From Candidatus Bathyarchaeota archaeon (GTDB taxonomy: Archaea; Thermoproteota; Bathyarchaeia; Bathyarchaeales; Bathycorpusculaceae): a stretch of DNA of 64,000 nucleotides. The DNA lies in contig CAWGYA010000008.1 in NCBI GenBank assembly GCA_963826715.1, forward strand, positions 1,229,930-1,293,929, read 5' to 3'. The notes under the pieces were generated by a model, which did not search any database, was not told where the DNA came from, and saw nothing but the letters and a program-made list of their open reading frames with translations. Positions 62,278-64,000 of this stretch are shown in pieces; the first letter of the stretch is position 1; each line of letters begins with the position of its first letter. Both the position numbers and the translations under genes were made by a program.

Positions 62278-63024
62278 CTAGTTTTTCATTAAGGATTTAA
62301 CCAATTTTTCAACTTCATCGACTATGAACTCGTTAATCTTGAGACCCTTCTCTGGTGATGCAATGGTAGGGTCACCGTTAACTCCACCGGGGAAATATCT
62401 CTCTGGATGCGCAACCACCTCAAAGCGGGGAATATGCCAAACTTCAGAACGCCCTTTCGATTTAACAAGTTCGGGGGCTATATTCATCACTCGCGACGTC
62501 TCAAGGGTGCCGGCATGCCCATCCTGAGGATTCGCATATTGCGATGCTAATTCCTCAGCAAAATCAAAGTCCGAGAAAACTAAAATTCTCACCCCTACCG
62601 CCTTCTCATCATTTTTGTTAACGACATCTTGAGCTGCCAATCTAAGCGCAACCATGTGCGAGTTGCCTGCATGACCGCTCATTACGATGATTCGGCGAAA
62701 ACCACTTCGCACAAGCTCTGAGAGCACGTCGCTTGCAAGCCGATAAAGTGTATCAAACTGGATTGTAAGAGTTCCGGGAAAGTTACGGGTAGCGTTGCAG
62801 ATACCATAGCGAATTGGCGGTGCAAGAAGACAGCCAGTTCTTTTTGCAACTTCTTTAGCAATGAATTCGGGTTGGATACTGTCAGTACAAAGTGGCAGAT
62901 GCTCGCCATGCTCCTCGACACTACCAATCGGAAAAATTATGACAGTACCGTCTTTTGCGGCTTTTGCTGCTTCTTTGGTGCTTAATTCATCCAACCAGAG
63001 GTATTGCGTTTTTTGTTTTGTCAT
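62278..63024 (-). CDS. creatininase/amidohydrolase family protein
   Basis: PIGSVEEHG.HLP..TD, FPGT, GHAGN, HAG.LETS, GVNGDP. Confidence 0.92.
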   Translation of the reverse strand: MTKQKTQYLWLDELSTKEAAKAAKDGTVIIFPIGSVEEHGEHLPLCTDSIQPEFIAKEVAKRTGCLLAPPIRYGICNATRNFPGTLTIQFDTLYRLASDVLSELVRSGFRRIIVMSGHAGNSHMVALRLAAQDVVNKNDEKAVGVRILVFSDFDFAEELASQYANPQDGHAGTLETSRVMNIAPELVKSKGRSEVWHIPRFEVVAHPERYFPGGVNGDPTIASPEKGLKINEFIVDEVEKLVKSLMKN

Positions 63025-63130
63025 AGCTCTAAGTCAGACACTGCTTCTTTTTCTACCTTGCGGAAACTTCCTTAATTCAAGGAACAAAAATTTGATTTAA
63101 AAGGCAAAAATGACCATTAAATAGTGAATT

Positions 63131-63148
63131 CTGGCGGGTCCGACGGGA
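63131..63148 (-). repeat. 18-bp copy of a tRNA 3' end (putative att site)
   Basis: Reverse complement TCCCGTCGGACCCGCCAG is identical to 28782-28799. Confidence 0.8.
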
Positions 63149-63243
63149 TGCGTGTAACTGTATTGGAGTAAGTACTGAATTTTTTTCCCTTTTTTTTCAT
63201 TTTGAGCGTTAGCAGATGCCCTAAGCCTTAGGAGGGTTATTTC

Positions 63244-63776
63244 TTGAGCATCACTTTTACTTACCTACGTCAGCCGCTTAATCGCTATACGTTCAAGGCG
63301 CCAAAAACTAAGGCATGGGTAGAAGAGCAGTGCAAAGGCAAGTATGTGCTTAACCTGTTTGCAGGTCCCACACGATTGATGGGTTGCATTGAAGTCGCCA
63401 ACGACATCGACCCTAACGTGCCGTGTACGCTTTTTAAGATGGATGCTCTGGACTGCGCCAAAATCTCAGGGAAAGAAGCGAGTTATTCGATGTTATCTTG
63501 CTTGACCCGCCGTATAGTTACCGCAAGAGCATGGAGCTCTACAATGGGCACAAGAATAGTCGTTTCAAGCAGCTCCTCGATATTCTGCCAGATATTTTGA
63601 CGCCCCCCGGCTGGGTTATCACTTTTGGCTATCATAGTCGCGTGATGAGTGCTAGCCGAGGATTTAGGATCCGTGAAATTTGTCTGATCAGCCATGGTGG
63701 CGCTCAGCACGATACGATCGCAACGGTTGAGGAGCGAATCCAAGTAACGAAAGGAGAAACCAAACATGAGCAATAA
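63244..63776 (+). pseudogene. small DNA amino-methyltransferase (phage type), split by a 1-bp frameshift
   Basis: NLFAG and NDID in the first frame, DPPYS and HGG..HDTI in the second; adding one A to the AAAA run at 63460-63463 restores DALDCAKNLRERSELFDVILLDPPY. Confidence 0.75.
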
Positions 63777-64000
63777 AGTTAGTTATGTTCTAAATCGCAA
63801 TCCGCCCTACATGGATACGACCGTTCCGTATGAGCGGACTAAAGCGGAAATTGAGATTCTATTAAAAAGCTACGGGATAAAGAACATTCGCTGGACCACC
63901 CTTGAAGGCCAGGATGACACTTTAGAGTTCATCATTGAAGCCGAAGTGCAGGGTATAAAGAAGCAATTAGGCGTCGCAGTTAAGCCTCCTCATATTATCC
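63766..64000 (+). CDS. hypothetical (phage-like) protein, runs off right edge
   Basis: AAGGAG SD; MSNKVSYVLNRNPPYMDTTVPYERTKAEIEILLKSYGIKNIRW..., open to the window end. Confidence 0.7.
   Translation, partial: MSNKVSYVLNRNPPYMDTTVPYERTKAEIEILLKSYGIKNIRWTTLEGQDDTLEFIIEAEVQGIKKQLGVAVKPPHII

Larger units (their letters stand above)
63131..64000. mobile_element. left border of a putative tRNA-integrated element or provirus (continues past the window)
   Basis: tRNA 3' fragment followed by tightly packed phage-type genes. Confidence 0.55.

Noticed and set aside
63131-63148. Second tRNA gene
   Set aside because: Only the 3' 18 bp match; no T-loop, anticodon arm or D arm.
1-64000. CRISPR array, rRNA, transposase or integrase
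   Set aside because: None seen by eye; short or degenerate repeats could have been missed.

Overview
Archaeal chromosomal window, most consistent with a TACK-group (Bathyarchaeia-like) organism. This is inferred from RadA, aIF-1A, eL33, a single-OB SSB, archaeal SRP RNA, RqcH and a thiolase/DUF35/HMG-CoA synthase locus, together with bacterial-type uvrBAC. From left to right it holds: a cobalamin/tetrapyrrole cluster (cbiD, a cbiX-cbiC fusion, hemA, a CobB/Q-like gene, sirC, hemBLC, cobA, hemD); trpEGDCBA without trpF; SRP RNA; an unexplained 23-28 kb cluster (two RNase H-like paralogs, aIF-1A, LysW-like and Mrr-like proteins, CxxC-x17-CxxC zinc fingers, eL33); tRNA-Lys(CUU); uvrBAC; a DUF35-HMGS fusion beside a thiolase lacking its catalytic residues; a CysRS paralog with altered Zn ligands and no anticodon domain; rqcH; radA. 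At the right edge is the probable border of a tRNA-integrated element, marked by an 18-bp tRNA 3' copy and a frameshifted DNA methyltransferase. All product calls come from motif recognition by eye; no database searches were run.
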